Positions 27,332-35,204 of a stretch of DNA of 47,430 nt are shown one piece after another. The DNA is from a virus. Where the stretch lies: the UHGV virus genome UHGV-0334146. The stretch is one strand, 5' to 3'. Made by a program: the position numbers and the translations under genes. Under the pieces are notes generated by a model that was not told the origin of the DNA, ran no database searches, and saw nothing but the letters and a program-made list of their open reading frames with translations. The first letter of the stretch is position 1. Every line of letters starts with the position of its first letter.

Positions 27332-28868
27332 AGACGGCCCCTGCCTTGTCCACGTCGTCGATGTCGGGCATCAAGCCCCCTTCCCCGGCTTCCGGCAGGG
27401 CGTCGGGCATTCCGTTGCCCTGCGGCACTTCCGCCGGGTCTATGTCGGAGAAGCCGCTGTCCGGGTCACTGGCAAGGGACTGCCGGGCCTCTTCCTGAGA
27501 GATGATGTCCCGATCCATGTAGACGGCGATGGTGTCGGCCTTGGTCTTCTGGAGCGTCGCAAGGGCTGCCCTGTCCTCTTCGCCGAGGGGCGCGAAGTCG
27601 AAAGTCACGGAAGGGTCGATGGTTCCGCGCAGGTAGAGCTGAATACAGTCGAGCGCCTTCTTGATGCCGTCGCGCAGGACTTTCTCCTGCTGGCTCCTGA
27701 CATGGTCGTAGTAGTTGCGGATGTCCGATTCGCCCGTGGCATTGAACCCTGACGGGCTGATGCCAAGCAGCTTGACCGCCGGAGTGCGGTTCAGGGCGGC
27801 GAGAATTTCAAGGGACTGGCGCACGATGTCGGTCACGCCGGAAAGCGGGGTTTCCAGCTTGACCACGTCTTCTGATTCTTTGTCGACGGCAAGCACGCCG
27901 TCATTGGTCATGGACTGGATCATGTACCGGATGCGTGCATCGATCTGTGCCGTGCCCCCCGACGCGTACAGGATGTCTTCCATCTTCGTCTTGAAGACGG
28001 TCAGCGAAAACTTGGTCAGCAGCCGGGCTTCGGCGGCGCGGCATTCCTGAAAATGCAGGACGTAATCCCAGAGGATCTGAGCTTGTGGGATGCCCAAAAA
28101 ATTGTAGGCTGGACGGAGCAGCACCGGGCATTCGTTCGCAACCAATCGGATGAGGCGCGAGGCGTGCACCCGCTGCCCGAGCACCCACCACCAGCGCGGG
28201 CGGAAGTAGTCCGGCTCAAGCGGCGAAAGGCTGTTGTAGTCTCCGGGGAAGACGTTCACGGGGTCGATGACGACGAAGCGCAGCACGCCGCCGGGCCTGA
28301 GTTCGGCGGAATACGGGCTGACGTTCAGCGGGCGTTCCAGCTCTTCCCCGACTGCTCCGGTGTCGATGAAAAGGAAGGCCCCGCCCTCGTACCCCACAAG
28401 CTCGGTCGCCTCATGGAAAAGGCGTTGCAGTGCGAACCTCTTGCACGCCTGCGCAAGGTCGGTGAGCAATGACTCGTCGCCGCCCTCCCCTTCGCGCTTG
28501 AACTCAATCCATGCTCGGGTCATGTCGTCGGATACCGTCTCGACGCAGGCACGGATCAATCCATTCTGGGCAAGGTTCTGGAGGACGCCGTAGCCCATGA
28601 ATTGCGGCGCAATCCCGACCCCAAGCTCAAGCGAGTGCTGGAGCAGGGAATAGACGCCGGAATCCGCAAGCCGCGCATCCATCGCAAGCTGCACCTCTTC
28701 GGGCGCGCCGAGCGTCTTCGCAGGACCGTACAACCGGCTGATGTCGTCGGGCGTAGGTGGCAAAGACTGAGCAAGGCCGCCGCGCACGTCCGGGGAGAGA
28801 TTCAGACGGCGCGACGGTTGCACTTGAGGTATGGAGGTGGCGTGTCGATAAGTGCGCTTCTTGCTCAT
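27324..28868 (-). CDS. Portal protein
   Basis: 514 aa. It is the first gene of the head operon, with the late motif 34 nt upstream. Acidic C-terminus. Confidence 0.65.
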   Translation of the reverse strand: MSKKRTYRHATSIPQVQPSRRLNLSPDVRGGLAQSLPPTPDDISRLYGPAKTLGAPEEVQLAMDARLADSGVYSLLQHSLELGVGIAPQFMGYGVLQNLAQNGLIRACVETVSDDMTRAWIEFKREGEGGDESLLTDLAQACKRFALQRLFHEATELVGYEGGAFLFIDTGAVGEELERPLNVSPYSAELRPGGVLRFVVIDPVNVFPGDYNSLSPLEPDYFRPRWWWVLGQRVHASRLIRLVANECPVLLRPAYNFLGIPQAQILWDYVLHFQECRAAEARLLTKFSLTVFKTKMEDILYASGGTAQIDARIRYMIQSMTNDGVLAVDKESEDVVKLETPLSGVTDIVRQSLEILAALNRTPAVKLLGISPSGFNATGESDIRNYYDHVRSQQEKVLRDGIKKALDCIQLYLRGTIDPSVTFDFAPLGEEDRAALATLQKTKADTIAVYMDRDIISQEEARQSLASDPDSGFSDIDPAEVPQGNGMPDALPEAGEGGLMPDIDDVDKAGAVYG

Positions 28869-28901
28869 GTGCCCATAATGCTACGAGCCAAAAAGAAAAC
28901 A

Positions 28902-28919
28902 CACCGTGAACAAGGTTCG
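28902..28919 (-). promoter_or_regulatory. Late-operon conserved motif, copy 3 (CACCGTGAACAAGGTTCG)
   Basis: Exact 18-mer 34 nt upstream of the portal ATG, in the divergent region shared with the plus-strand endA-like gene. Confidence 0.5.
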
Positions 28920-29004
28920 GGGGGCTTGGCTGTGGGACACCTTTCATATTGTATCAATATAGATTAATCTATATATACATGGATACCTTTAGGGAGGTAT
29001 CCGC

Positions 29005-29751
29005 ATGTACAAAAGCATCATGGTGTTTCTGCTGGCCGCGCTGGTTATGACGTCCGAGGCGCAGGCCGCGGGCAACGAATGGAACGATTCGTTCAGCAAG
29101 GCCAAGAAGACGCTGGAACGGCAGGTCTATTATGACCATCGGATCACGCTCTACTGCGGGGCGGCGTTCGACGAGAAGAAGAACGTCACCCTGCCGGAGG
29201 GTTTTACTGCCGCGAAGCACGAGAAGCGGGCCGGGAAGGTGGAATGGGAACACGTGGTCCCCGCCGAGAACTTCGGGCAGGCTTTTCCGGAGTGGCGCGA
29301 GGGGGACGCACAGTGCGTGGACGCGAAGGGGAAGGCATTCAAGGGCCGCAAGTGCGCGGAAAAGGTGAACCGGGAATACCGCCTCATGCAAAGCGACATG
29401 TACAACCTCTATCCGGCCATCGGTGCGGTCAACGCCCTGCGCCAGAATTACAACTTCCAGATGCTGCCCGGCGAGGAGCCGGATTTCGGAAGCTGCGGGA
29501 TGAAGATCGCCGACCGCAGGGCCGAGCCGCCCGTCCGGGCGCGGGGACAAATTGCCCGGACCTACAAGTATATGGCCGACGCCTACGCCCCGCGCTACCG
29601 CATGAGCCGCCAGCAGACGCAGCTCATGGACGCATGGGACAAGATGTATCCGGTTGATGCGTGGGAATGCACGCGGGCCAGACGTATTGAAAGACTACAA
29701 GGTAACGAGAACCCTTTTGTGAAGGAAAGATGTCAAGAAGCAGAACTCTAA
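29005..29751 (+). CDS. endA: Secreted endonuclease I (EndA / Dns family periplasmic or extracellular DNase)
   Basis: 248 aa. Signal peptide MYKSIMVFLLAALVMTSEAQA|AG. Strong colinear similarity to E. coli EndA: KVEWEHVVPAENFG, SDMYNLYPAIGAVNALRQNYNF, AEPPVRARGQIARTYKYM, SRQQTQLMDAWDKMYPVDAWECTRARRIERLQGNENPFVKERC. It has its own AT-rich promoter (TTGTAT-17-TATATA) and RBS AGGGAGGT. Confidence 0.85.
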   Translation: MYKSIMVFLLAALVMTSEAQAAGNEWNDSFSKAKKTLERQVYYDHRITLYCGAAFDEKKNVTLPEGFTAAKHEKRAGKVEWEHVVPAENFGQAFPEWREGDAQCVDAKGKAFKGRKCAEKVNREYRLMQSDMYNLYPAIGAVNALRQNYNFQMLPGEEPDFGSCGMKIADRRAEPPVRARGQIARTYKYMADAYAPRYRMSRQQTQLMDAWDKMYPVDAWECTRARRIERLQGNENPFVKERCQEAEL

Positions 29752-29765
29752 CTCTTTACATTCAT

Positions 29766-31229
29766 TTATATTCTCCTTCCCATACGTGGCTGATTGAGGA
29801 TGGCGGGGTTGATGCACATGGGCCGCTTGGTATCGAAATCACGCAGCGCCTGTGTTGTGGCGTCCACTTGGTCGTCGTGGGGCGCACCGGGGAACTGTGT
29901 CAGTTCCGCGACGTACTCCCGCGCCCACGGGCAATGCTCAGGGTGCGGGAGCAGGACGTTCCCGGCCTCGAAGAACGTGGTCACGGCATGGGCCCGGGCC
30001 GTCTTGCTGCCGTCCGGCTCCACGGGGATGATACCGGGCACAGCATGTTTCAGCGCGTCGATAACCGCCGGGCCGTTGGCCTTATCCTCCACCAGCTTAC
30101 GGGCTGCGCCGGGCCATTTAGCGGCGAGCGCCCGGAACGCGGCGACCGTATCCGTAAATCCCATGCGCCGCCGGACCTGATCGAGGAGGTAGCGGTCGGC
30201 CCCCTTGCGGCCCCACACCTGCCCCACAACAAAGTCGGTATCGTCGCCGTCTTTGAACGTCATATCCCACGAGATAAGGAGCTGGTCGAACTGCTCCGGA
30301 AGGTCTTTGGGGAGCCAGAACCGCAGCCACTCGGATTTGAAGATGGCGCCGCCGTCTGGCGTAGGCCGCTGCTGGTACAGGGCTTCCCAGTCGCGTGTGC
30401 CGAGGGCTTTCTTAATGGCAAGAAGCTGCTCCAACGGGTAGCGTTCAGGGTGTAAGGCTTCACCTGCCCTACGGTGCAGCTCGTCTTCCGTTGCGATGGC
30501 GGGGAAGTTCACTACGCGCCAGTGGTCGCCCTCCCCCCGTGCGGCGGCCTCAAGCAGCCTCCCTGAGAGGTCAGCCATGTGCCAGCGAGTGTTGATGATG
30601 AGCACCCCTCCACCGGGCGCGAGGCGCGTGTACAGCGTGGACGTGTACCAGTCCCAGACGTTCTGGCGGATGGTCGGGGAATCGGCGGACGCCCGGTCCT
30701 TGAACGGGTCGTCGACGATGACGATATGCCCGCCCATGCCCGTGATGCCGCCGCCCACGCCAGCGGAACGGTAGCATCCAGCGTGCCCCACTACCTCGAA
30801 TATATCCGAGTTGCGGAGGTAAGAGCCGTTCCCTACGGTGCGGATGTTCTTGCCATAGAGGGCTGTTCCCGGGAAGAGTTCCCGGTATTCCGGGCTGTCG
30901 ATGACGCGCTGGACGTCGCGGTTCATGCGCGAGGACAGGTCGGCGGCGTAGCTCGTGGAAATAACGGATAGATCGGGATAGCGGCCCAAGGCGTAAGCCG
31001 GGAAGCGGCGGGAGGCGAGCTCGCTTTTCCCGTGGCGCGGGGGCATAGTCAGCATGAGGCGCGGGGAACGCCCGGCTACGACATCTGCAAGGAAAGCGTC
31101 AAGCTCGGAACAGATTTCCTCATGTACCCATCCCATGCGGTAGCTGGGCATGGTGTAGCGCACGAAGGCCGCGAGACAGCTACGGGCCAGTGCCTTCCGG
31201 ATATCGGAAAGGATGGCGGGGCTACTCAT
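29766..31229 (-). CDS. terL: Terminase large subunit
   Basis: 487 aa. ATPase and nuclease regions are present (…LTMPPRHGKSE…, …VIVDDPFKD…). Its start overlaps the terS stop. Confidence 0.85.
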   Translation of the reverse strand: MSSPAILSDIRKALARSCLAAFVRYTMPSYRMGWVHEEICSELDAFLADVVAGRSPRLMLTMPPRHGKSELASRRFPAYALGRYPDLSVISTSYAADLSSRMNRDVQRVIDSPEYRELFPGTALYGKNIRTVGNGSYLRNSDIFEVVGHAGCYRSAGVGGGITGMGGHIVIVDDPFKDRASADSPTIRQNVWDWYTSTLYTRLAPGGGVLIINTRWHMADLSGRLLEAAARGEGDHWRVVNFPAIATEDELHRRAGEALHPERYPLEQLLAIKKALGTRDWEALYQQRPTPDGGAIFKSEWLRFWLPKDLPEQFDQLLISWDMTFKDGDDTDFVVGQVWGRKGADRYLLDQVRRRMGFTDTVAAFRALAAKWPGAARKLVEDKANGPAVIDALKHAVPGIIPVEPDGSKTARAHAVTTFFEAGNVLLPHPEHCPWAREYVAELTQFPGAPHDDQVDATTQALRDFDTKRPMCINPAILNQPRMGRRI

Positions 31230-31761
31230 GATCCGGCGTTTTGAAGGCTTCCTTCGTCAGGCGAAGCAGCTCGTCCGGGGAGAGGTGTGAGAGATCCACC
31301 GGACGCTGAGATAGGGAACCGTCGGATGAAGTGTGATCCAAGGCGGTTTTGTCCACGATGCCCCACGCCTTGCGCTCTCCCTCCTGCCGGATCTTGATCG
31401 TCTCGGCGGTGATCTTGGCGAGCTTGGCCTTGTCGAAGCTGCCCTCGGACAAAGCCTCATCAATAAGAGCCTGATGCCGATCCCATTCCCGTTGGTGGCG
31501 GGTGATGACGGCGGCCTTGGCTTCGGCGGCGCGGTCCAAGGCTTCGGCCTTTTTTTGAGGGTTGCAGCCTGCAACCACGCCCACAACCTTGGCCTCTGCC
31601 ATGCGGTTCACGGTGCCGGAAATATCCTGCACCCATCCTTCGGCCCGGATGCGCTTTTGTATTGCCGTCCGGCTCACACCGTACCGCTTGGACAGATCGG
31701 ACTGGCTCGCCCCTACTTCGTACTCGGCACGGATGGATTCCCAATCAAATCGTGCAGCCAT
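31222..31761 (-). CDS. terS: Terminase small subunit
   Basis: 179 aa. N-terminal HTH SQSDLSKRYGVSRTAIQKRI. It lies immediately upstream of terL with an overlapping stop and start. Confidence 0.6.
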   Translation of the reverse strand: MAARFDWESIRAEYEVGASQSDLSKRYGVSRTAIQKRIRAEGWVQDISGTVNRMAEAKVVGVVAGCNPQKKAEALDRAAEAKAAVITRHQREWDRHQALIDEALSEGSFDKAKLAKITAETIKIRQEGERKAWGIVDKTALDHTSSDGSLSQRPVDLSHLSPDELLRLTKEAFKTPDHE

Positions 31762-32206
31762 CGTCGCACCCCCCGTTTGACCTGCGTTCTTCCTGTTCTC
31801 TCAAAAAACTTTCATGCCCTCGTTTCTCCTCTTCCTCGGGCCTCGTACTGTGCGTCAAATCATACTCCCAGGGGGCCCTTTTCCTCTTCAAATGCGGACA
31901 CCGGTGACCGGTCTGATAGGACACCGGTGTCCGGTCCACTCTTCCAGTACTCTTTCCAGAACCGGCAGCCAAAACCGAGGAGCGTCCGGTTGCCGTGGAA
32001 GTGAACACCCCGGAGGATACGAGCGCAGCAACGGCCCTGCGCACTGTTCGCACAGACACGCCGCACTCCTGCGCGACGGTTTCCTGCCGCACGCGGATTT
32101 TTCCGGTCCGTTTGTCCATGTGTAGGGCGAGCACCATACCTACAAGCTTTTCCGTTGGAGGAAGTTCTGCCTGAAGAAGCTGACGCTGGAGCGCGTAGGT
32201 GTCCAT
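31745..32206 (-). CDS. Winged-helix (HTH_36-like) DNA-binding protein; the C-terminal half is doubtful
   Basis: The N-terminal 70 aa form a clear HTH (LPPTEKLVGMVLALHMDKRTGKIRVRQETVAQECGVSVRTVRRAVAALVSSGVF). The C-terminal half is low-complexity and contains two palindromic DNA repeats, so it may be non-coding. Confidence 0.4.
   Translation of the reverse strand: MDTYALQRQLLQAELPPTEKLVGMVLALHMDKRTGKIRVRQETVAQECGVSVRTVRRAVAALVSSGVFTSTATGRSSVLAAGSGKSTGRVDRTPVSYQTGHRCPHLKRKRAPWEYDLTHSTRPEEEEKRGHESFLREQEERRSNGGCDDGCTI
31895..31936. repeat. Two direct copies of a 14-16-bp palindrome (CCGG(A/T)CACCGGTGTCC), 24 bp centre to centre, about 135-175 nt upstream of terS
   Basis: GGACACCGGTGTCC is a perfect 14-bp palindrome and GGTCACCGGTGTCC is a near-palindrome. 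It is a candidate pac or regulator-binding site. Confidence 0.45.
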
Positions 32207-32223
32207 TCATGCACAGGGCATTC

Positions 32224-32496
32224 TCAAAACATCCGGCCCACAATGGCACCGATGCAACCGCCAACTCCCGAGAGGGCGGTTATGATGGCGATGGCCGTTG
32301 TCCTGCTGCCCTGCCGCTCCCCGCGTTCCCGCGCGCACGTCTCGGCCATAACCGAGATATGATCCTCAAGATCCCGAATGCGTTTTCCATGATCGCGGAG
32401 TTGCGTGAGTATCGCGTCGTCAAGCCGCTGGTTGAGCGCTTCGAGCAATGCCTCAATGCGGGAAAGCCGGGATTCGTGGTCCAGTGTATGCTCCAT
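32224..32496 (-). CDS. XhlA-like lysis-associated membrane protein
   Basis: 90 aa. Coiled-coil N-terminus and a C-terminal TM (TTAIAIITALSGVGGCIGAIVGRMF). It is the last gene of the lysis cassette. Confidence 0.4.
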   Translation of the reverse strand: MEHTLDHESRLSRIEALLEALNQRLDDAILTQLRDHGKRIRDLEDHISVMAETCARERGERQGSRTTAIAIITALSGVGGCIGAIVGRMF

Positions 32497-32819
32497 CAGC
32501 TTCCAGCCTCAACGCCCTTGATCCACAGGAGCAGGTTCCCGGCCTCTCCTGCGGGCAGGTGCACCCACTCGCCGGGCTCGGTGAACGTCTCGCCCCGGTA
32601 GGTGTAGGACCACTCACCCGTCACGACGGCCCCCGGCGTCAGCGGAGCCGGGCTTGTCGCGGCGGTCGGTTCCGCCCATCGAGCGCACCCACTCGCCGCC
32701 AGCGTCATCACAAACAGCAGCGCGATCAGCCTCGCGGCGTTCGCCGTACCGTTGACGCAGCCACAGCGTGATGAGTTCAACGAACGAGGTGAGGAACTCA
32801 AGGACGGCCCGCACATCAC
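32496..32819 (-). CDS. Lipoprotein, probable o-spanin-like (Rz1-like) protein
   Basis: 107 aa. Lipobox …LIALLFVMTLAASGC. Its start overlaps the holin stop. Confidence 0.45.
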   Translation of the reverse strand: MMCGPSLSSSPRSLNSSRCGCVNGTANAARLIALLFVMTLAASGCARWAEPTAATSPAPLTPGAVVTGEWSYTYRGETFTEPGEWVHLPAGEAGNLLLWIKGVEAGS

Positions 32820-33106
32820 TTTCCCGTCACGGCCTTGACTTCGGCCTTCACGGTTTCGGACTTGCCGTCAGCCACGGCCCCCCTGTTCTGCCCGAAGTGC
32901 GCGGCAAGGGCGTGCGTCCAACGGTAGAAGGCGGCATAAAGCCCGGTCTGTTCCTTGGGGACGGGCATCCAGACGGTGGCCACGGCGCACAGGCCGCACA
33001 CGGTCATGACCACGCCGAGGGAGGTCACGAGCCACGCCGCATCGGGATACTGCGCGGAAAGGCTCATCAAGGTCGAAAGGATGAAATCAATCACGGTCGC
33101 TTCCAT
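32816..33106 (-). CDS. Holin (putative)
   Basis: 96 aa. Hydrophobic TM core (AWLVTSLGVVMTVCGLCAVATVWM) and a charged C-terminus. It lies directly downstream of the endolysin gene. Confidence 0.45.
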   Translation of the reverse strand: MEATVIDFILSTLMSLSAQYPDAAWLVTSLGVVMTVCGLCAVATVWMPVPKEQTGLYAAFYRWTHALAAHFGQNRGAVADGKSETVKAEVKAVTGK

Positions 33107-33492
33107 CAGTACTTGCCTCCATGCTGGTAGAACGCCACGTCACGCGGCTTGTCCGGGTCGTTGTCCACATGAATCCACGTCGGGGCCAGCTCGATGCGCC
33201 GGAATCCGACTTCAAGCAGGGCTTGCAGCATGACGAAACGGGAATGGGAATCCACACAGCGGATATCCACAGCGTAGCCGCGAGTGTGCGCTGAGGTGGG
33301 CACGCCGCCGACCGCCTTGTTGTGCTTCGGGCAGCGGTACGCGGAAGAAAGGGGGAACGGGATGCCCGCCAGATCGCGGGCCTCATCGAGCATCTGGAGC
33401 AGATCGGCGTCCATCTTCTCCATGCCCGCGCCGCACCCGCACTTGCAGCGGAATTCGAGGGGAGAGAAGTGACGCAAGGGAAGAACAGCCAT
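33106..33492 (-). CDS. Endolysin, peptidase M15 (Zn D-Ala-D-Ala carboxypeptidase / L-Ala-D-Glu peptidase fold)
   Basis: Trimmed to M36 (RBS AGGAGGA). Zn-ligand pattern SAHTRGYAVDI … WIHVD (H-x6-D … H) typical of Peptidase_M15_3. Confidence 0.8.
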   Translation of the reverse strand: MAVLPLRHFSPLEFRCKCGCGAGMEKMDADLLQMLDEARDLAGIPFPLSSAYRCPKHNKAVGGVPTSAHTRGYAVDIRCVDSHSRFVMLQALLEVGFRRIELAPTWIHVDNDPDKPRDVAFYQHGGKY

Positions 33493-33538
33493 AAAAATCC
33501 TCCTGCATCCACTCTCGCACAAGAGAATAGGGGGAGGA

Positions 33539-33555
33539 CACCGTGAACAAGGTTC
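33539..33555 (-). promoter_or_regulatory. Late-operon conserved motif, copy 4 (CACCGTGAACAAGGTTC)
   Basis: It lies 47 nt upstream of the endolysin ATG and abuts the stop codon of the Mor-like gene (33555-33557). Confidence 0.5.
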
Positions 33556-33947
33556 TACAACAGCCGATATTGCTGCTGTGGTTCCGGGTTCCCGCAAAGC
33601 TGCTTTTTGAGCCGACGGACGTACCTGGTGGTCACGCCAAGGGCTTCGGCGATGGCGTCCGGCTTCTCCCCTGCTTCCAGACGGGACAGGATACGTCTTT
33701 TGAACGGTTCACCACGGCGCAGGTTGGGCACGACGATCTGCATCCCCCCAAATTCGGTGCAGAGGGCCGCCATACGCTGCCGACCAAGCAGCTCCAAAAG
33801 AAAACCTGTGGGCTTCCGGGGGATAAAGTATGAACGTCCACCGCACTGTGCGCAGAGGATGACCGCCCCCACGTCACCGATGGCCTCTGACAGTTCGAAC
33901 TGGCTCACCCACACGTCACTCATGAGCACCAACCTTGTGTTCCCCAA
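33555..33947 (-). CDS. Mor-family transcriptional activator (Mu Mor / C-like late activator)
   Basis: 130 aa. The C-terminal HTH EKPDAIAEALGVTTRYVRRLKK and the GG.QhYIPR element (CGGRSYFIPRK, with a second copy FGGMQIVVPNLRRG) match Mu Mor (…LGGGQVYIPRG…LTTRYGVTFNTVYKAIRRMRR). Confidence 0.7.
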   Translation of the reverse strand: MGNTRLVLMSDVWVSQFELSEAIGDVGAVILCAQCGGRSYFIPRKPTGFLLELLGRQRMAALCTEFGGMQIVVPNLRRGEPFKRRILSRLEAGEKPDAIAEALGVTTRYVRRLKKQLCGNPEPQQQYRLL

Positions 33948-34200
33948 GCCATAGCCGCAGTGCGGTCACAGCTACATCGAGGGCTTCGTCGCGGATACGC
34001 TCCGGAGTTTCGTGCTCAACGGCGTGTACAAGCTCACGGTACTCCCCCCCGATAACACCAAGCGCGTGGTATTTGCCCTCAGCAAAAACAGGGTGCTTCA
34101 CACGTGCTTCCGACAGCCGCTGCATGAGCGCCGCAAGAGCCTTTTCACCAAGTATCGTGATGTCGATGTTATGCACTGATAGCCTCCCTGTGCGCGTCAA
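33916..34200 (-). CDS. MazG-like nucleotide pyrophosphohydrolase (small, putative)
   Basis: 94 aa. …YHALGVIGGEYRELVHAVEHETPERIRDEALDVAVTALRL resembles the MazG EExxE/D helical core. Confidence 0.4.
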   Translation of the reverse strand: MTRTGRLSVHNIDITILGEKALAALMQRLSEARVKHPVFAEGKYHALGVIGGEYRELVHAVEHETPERIRDEALDVAVTALRLWLGEHKVGAHE

Positions 34201-34351
34201 GCTCGTCGGTATAAGCGCATACGCCGTACCCGAGATGAGTTGCCCTATCGCAATCGTGGACGGGGTAGGCGTAGCGGATCATGAGCAGGCGGCTAATTCC
34301 GGTGTAGGCTGTGATGGCCTTCCAGCCGAGCAGCAATTTCCGTTCATTCAT
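34169..34351 (-). CDS. Small hypothetical protein (possible HTH)
   Basis: 60 aa from M23 of ORF 34169..34417 (MNERKLLLGWKAITAYTGISRLLMIRYA…). Confidence 0.3.
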   Translation of the reverse strand: MNERKLLLGWKAITAYTGISRLLMIRYAYPVHDCDRATHLGYGVCAYTDELDAHREAISA

Positions 34352-34779
34352 TGCGCTTCCTCCTGTGTGTACACGGCTACCTCCCAATGCGGGACTGCTG
34401 CGTAGCATTTCGAGCAACGCAGGGACACCACCTGCCTGTCGTCGCCCCAGAACCCGGTGCGCGACATGGCGTCTTTGAGCTGCTTCGCCATGTTGTCGAG
34501 GTCCGGCTTCTTCGTATGGGCGATTTCGCCGCGTAACATGGCCTCTCGTTGTTTTTTCGGGGTCGACGCAGGTATCGGCATCCCCGCGATAAATTCGAGC
34601 ACGAGAGGTCCTTCTAGAGGCTTTTTCGGGGAGCGCGCAGAAAGGAGATCGTCAAGCACGGCTTCCGCGCTCTTCTGCCCGGCGGACTTGTAGGCCACGC
34701 TGTGCCCACAACGGACGGTGTGCCGGACTCGGGCCTGTGCCGTGGGCGTGCAGTTCAGGACAAAGCGGTAGGCTGTCAC
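34348..34779 (-). CDS. rusA: Holliday-junction resolvase RusA
   Basis: 143 aa. …PDLDNMAKQLKDAMSRTGFWGDDRQVVSLRCSKCYAAVPHWEVAVYTQEE aligns with E. coli RusA …[50 protein letters not shown]. Confidence 0.85.
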   Translation of the reverse strand: MTAYRFVLNCTPTAQARVRHTVRCGHSVAYKSAGQKSAEAVLDDLLSARSPKKPLEGPLVLEFIAGMPIPASTPKKQREAMLRGEIAHTKKPDLDNMAKQLKDAMSRTGFWGDDRQVVSLRCSKCYAAVPHWEVAVYTQEEAQ

Positions 34780-35204
34780 TGCTCCATCCCCAACGCCCGG
34801 AGATTGGCAAGCTGTTCGTTCAAGGGCATATCCGGCCTACCCTGCTTCCTGGCGTCCATCTTCCCCCGCAGATTGGCGAGGATCTTCGCGCACCAGTCGG
34901 CGCCCTCTTCGCAACGCTCATCGAACGTCTTTGTTCGCTCAGGAAGTGCCAGTGCATCGGCCTGCGCCGTTTCTCCCCGCCGCAATTCGTCGCAATGTGC
35001 CCAGATGTCGGCCACAGTCGGGAAGTAAGCCGAATTGCGGCGGTATTGCTTCACGGCGCGTTCCACGGTTTCGGGCGAGAACTCCGCGAGGTCTTCGGCC
35101 CAATCCTCAGCCAAAATTTGCAACTGTGCTGGCGTCCTACCTGCTTGCGGGTAATGCAGCGCCAGATTGACCAGCAGTTGAAGCGTGAAGTCCGGGTTGT
35201 GCAT
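34776..35204 (-). CDS. Hypothetical protein (replication-region)
   Basis: 142 aa with overlapping start and stop in the replication gene block. Confidence 0.4.
   Translation of the reverse strand: MHNPDFTLQLLVNLALHYPQAGRTPAQLQILAEDWAEDLAEFSPETVERAVKQYRRNSAYFPTVADIWAHCDELRRGETAQADALALPERTKTFDERCEEGADWCAKILANLRGKMDARKQGRPDMPLNEQLANLRALGMEQ

Noticed and set aside
31745-31930. C-terminal 80 residues of the HTH_36-like ORF as genuine coding sequence
   Set aside because: The segment is low-complexity, contains two DNA palindromes and overlaps the terS start. It may be a non-coding regulatory or pac region rather than protein. The ORF is kept with reduced confidence.
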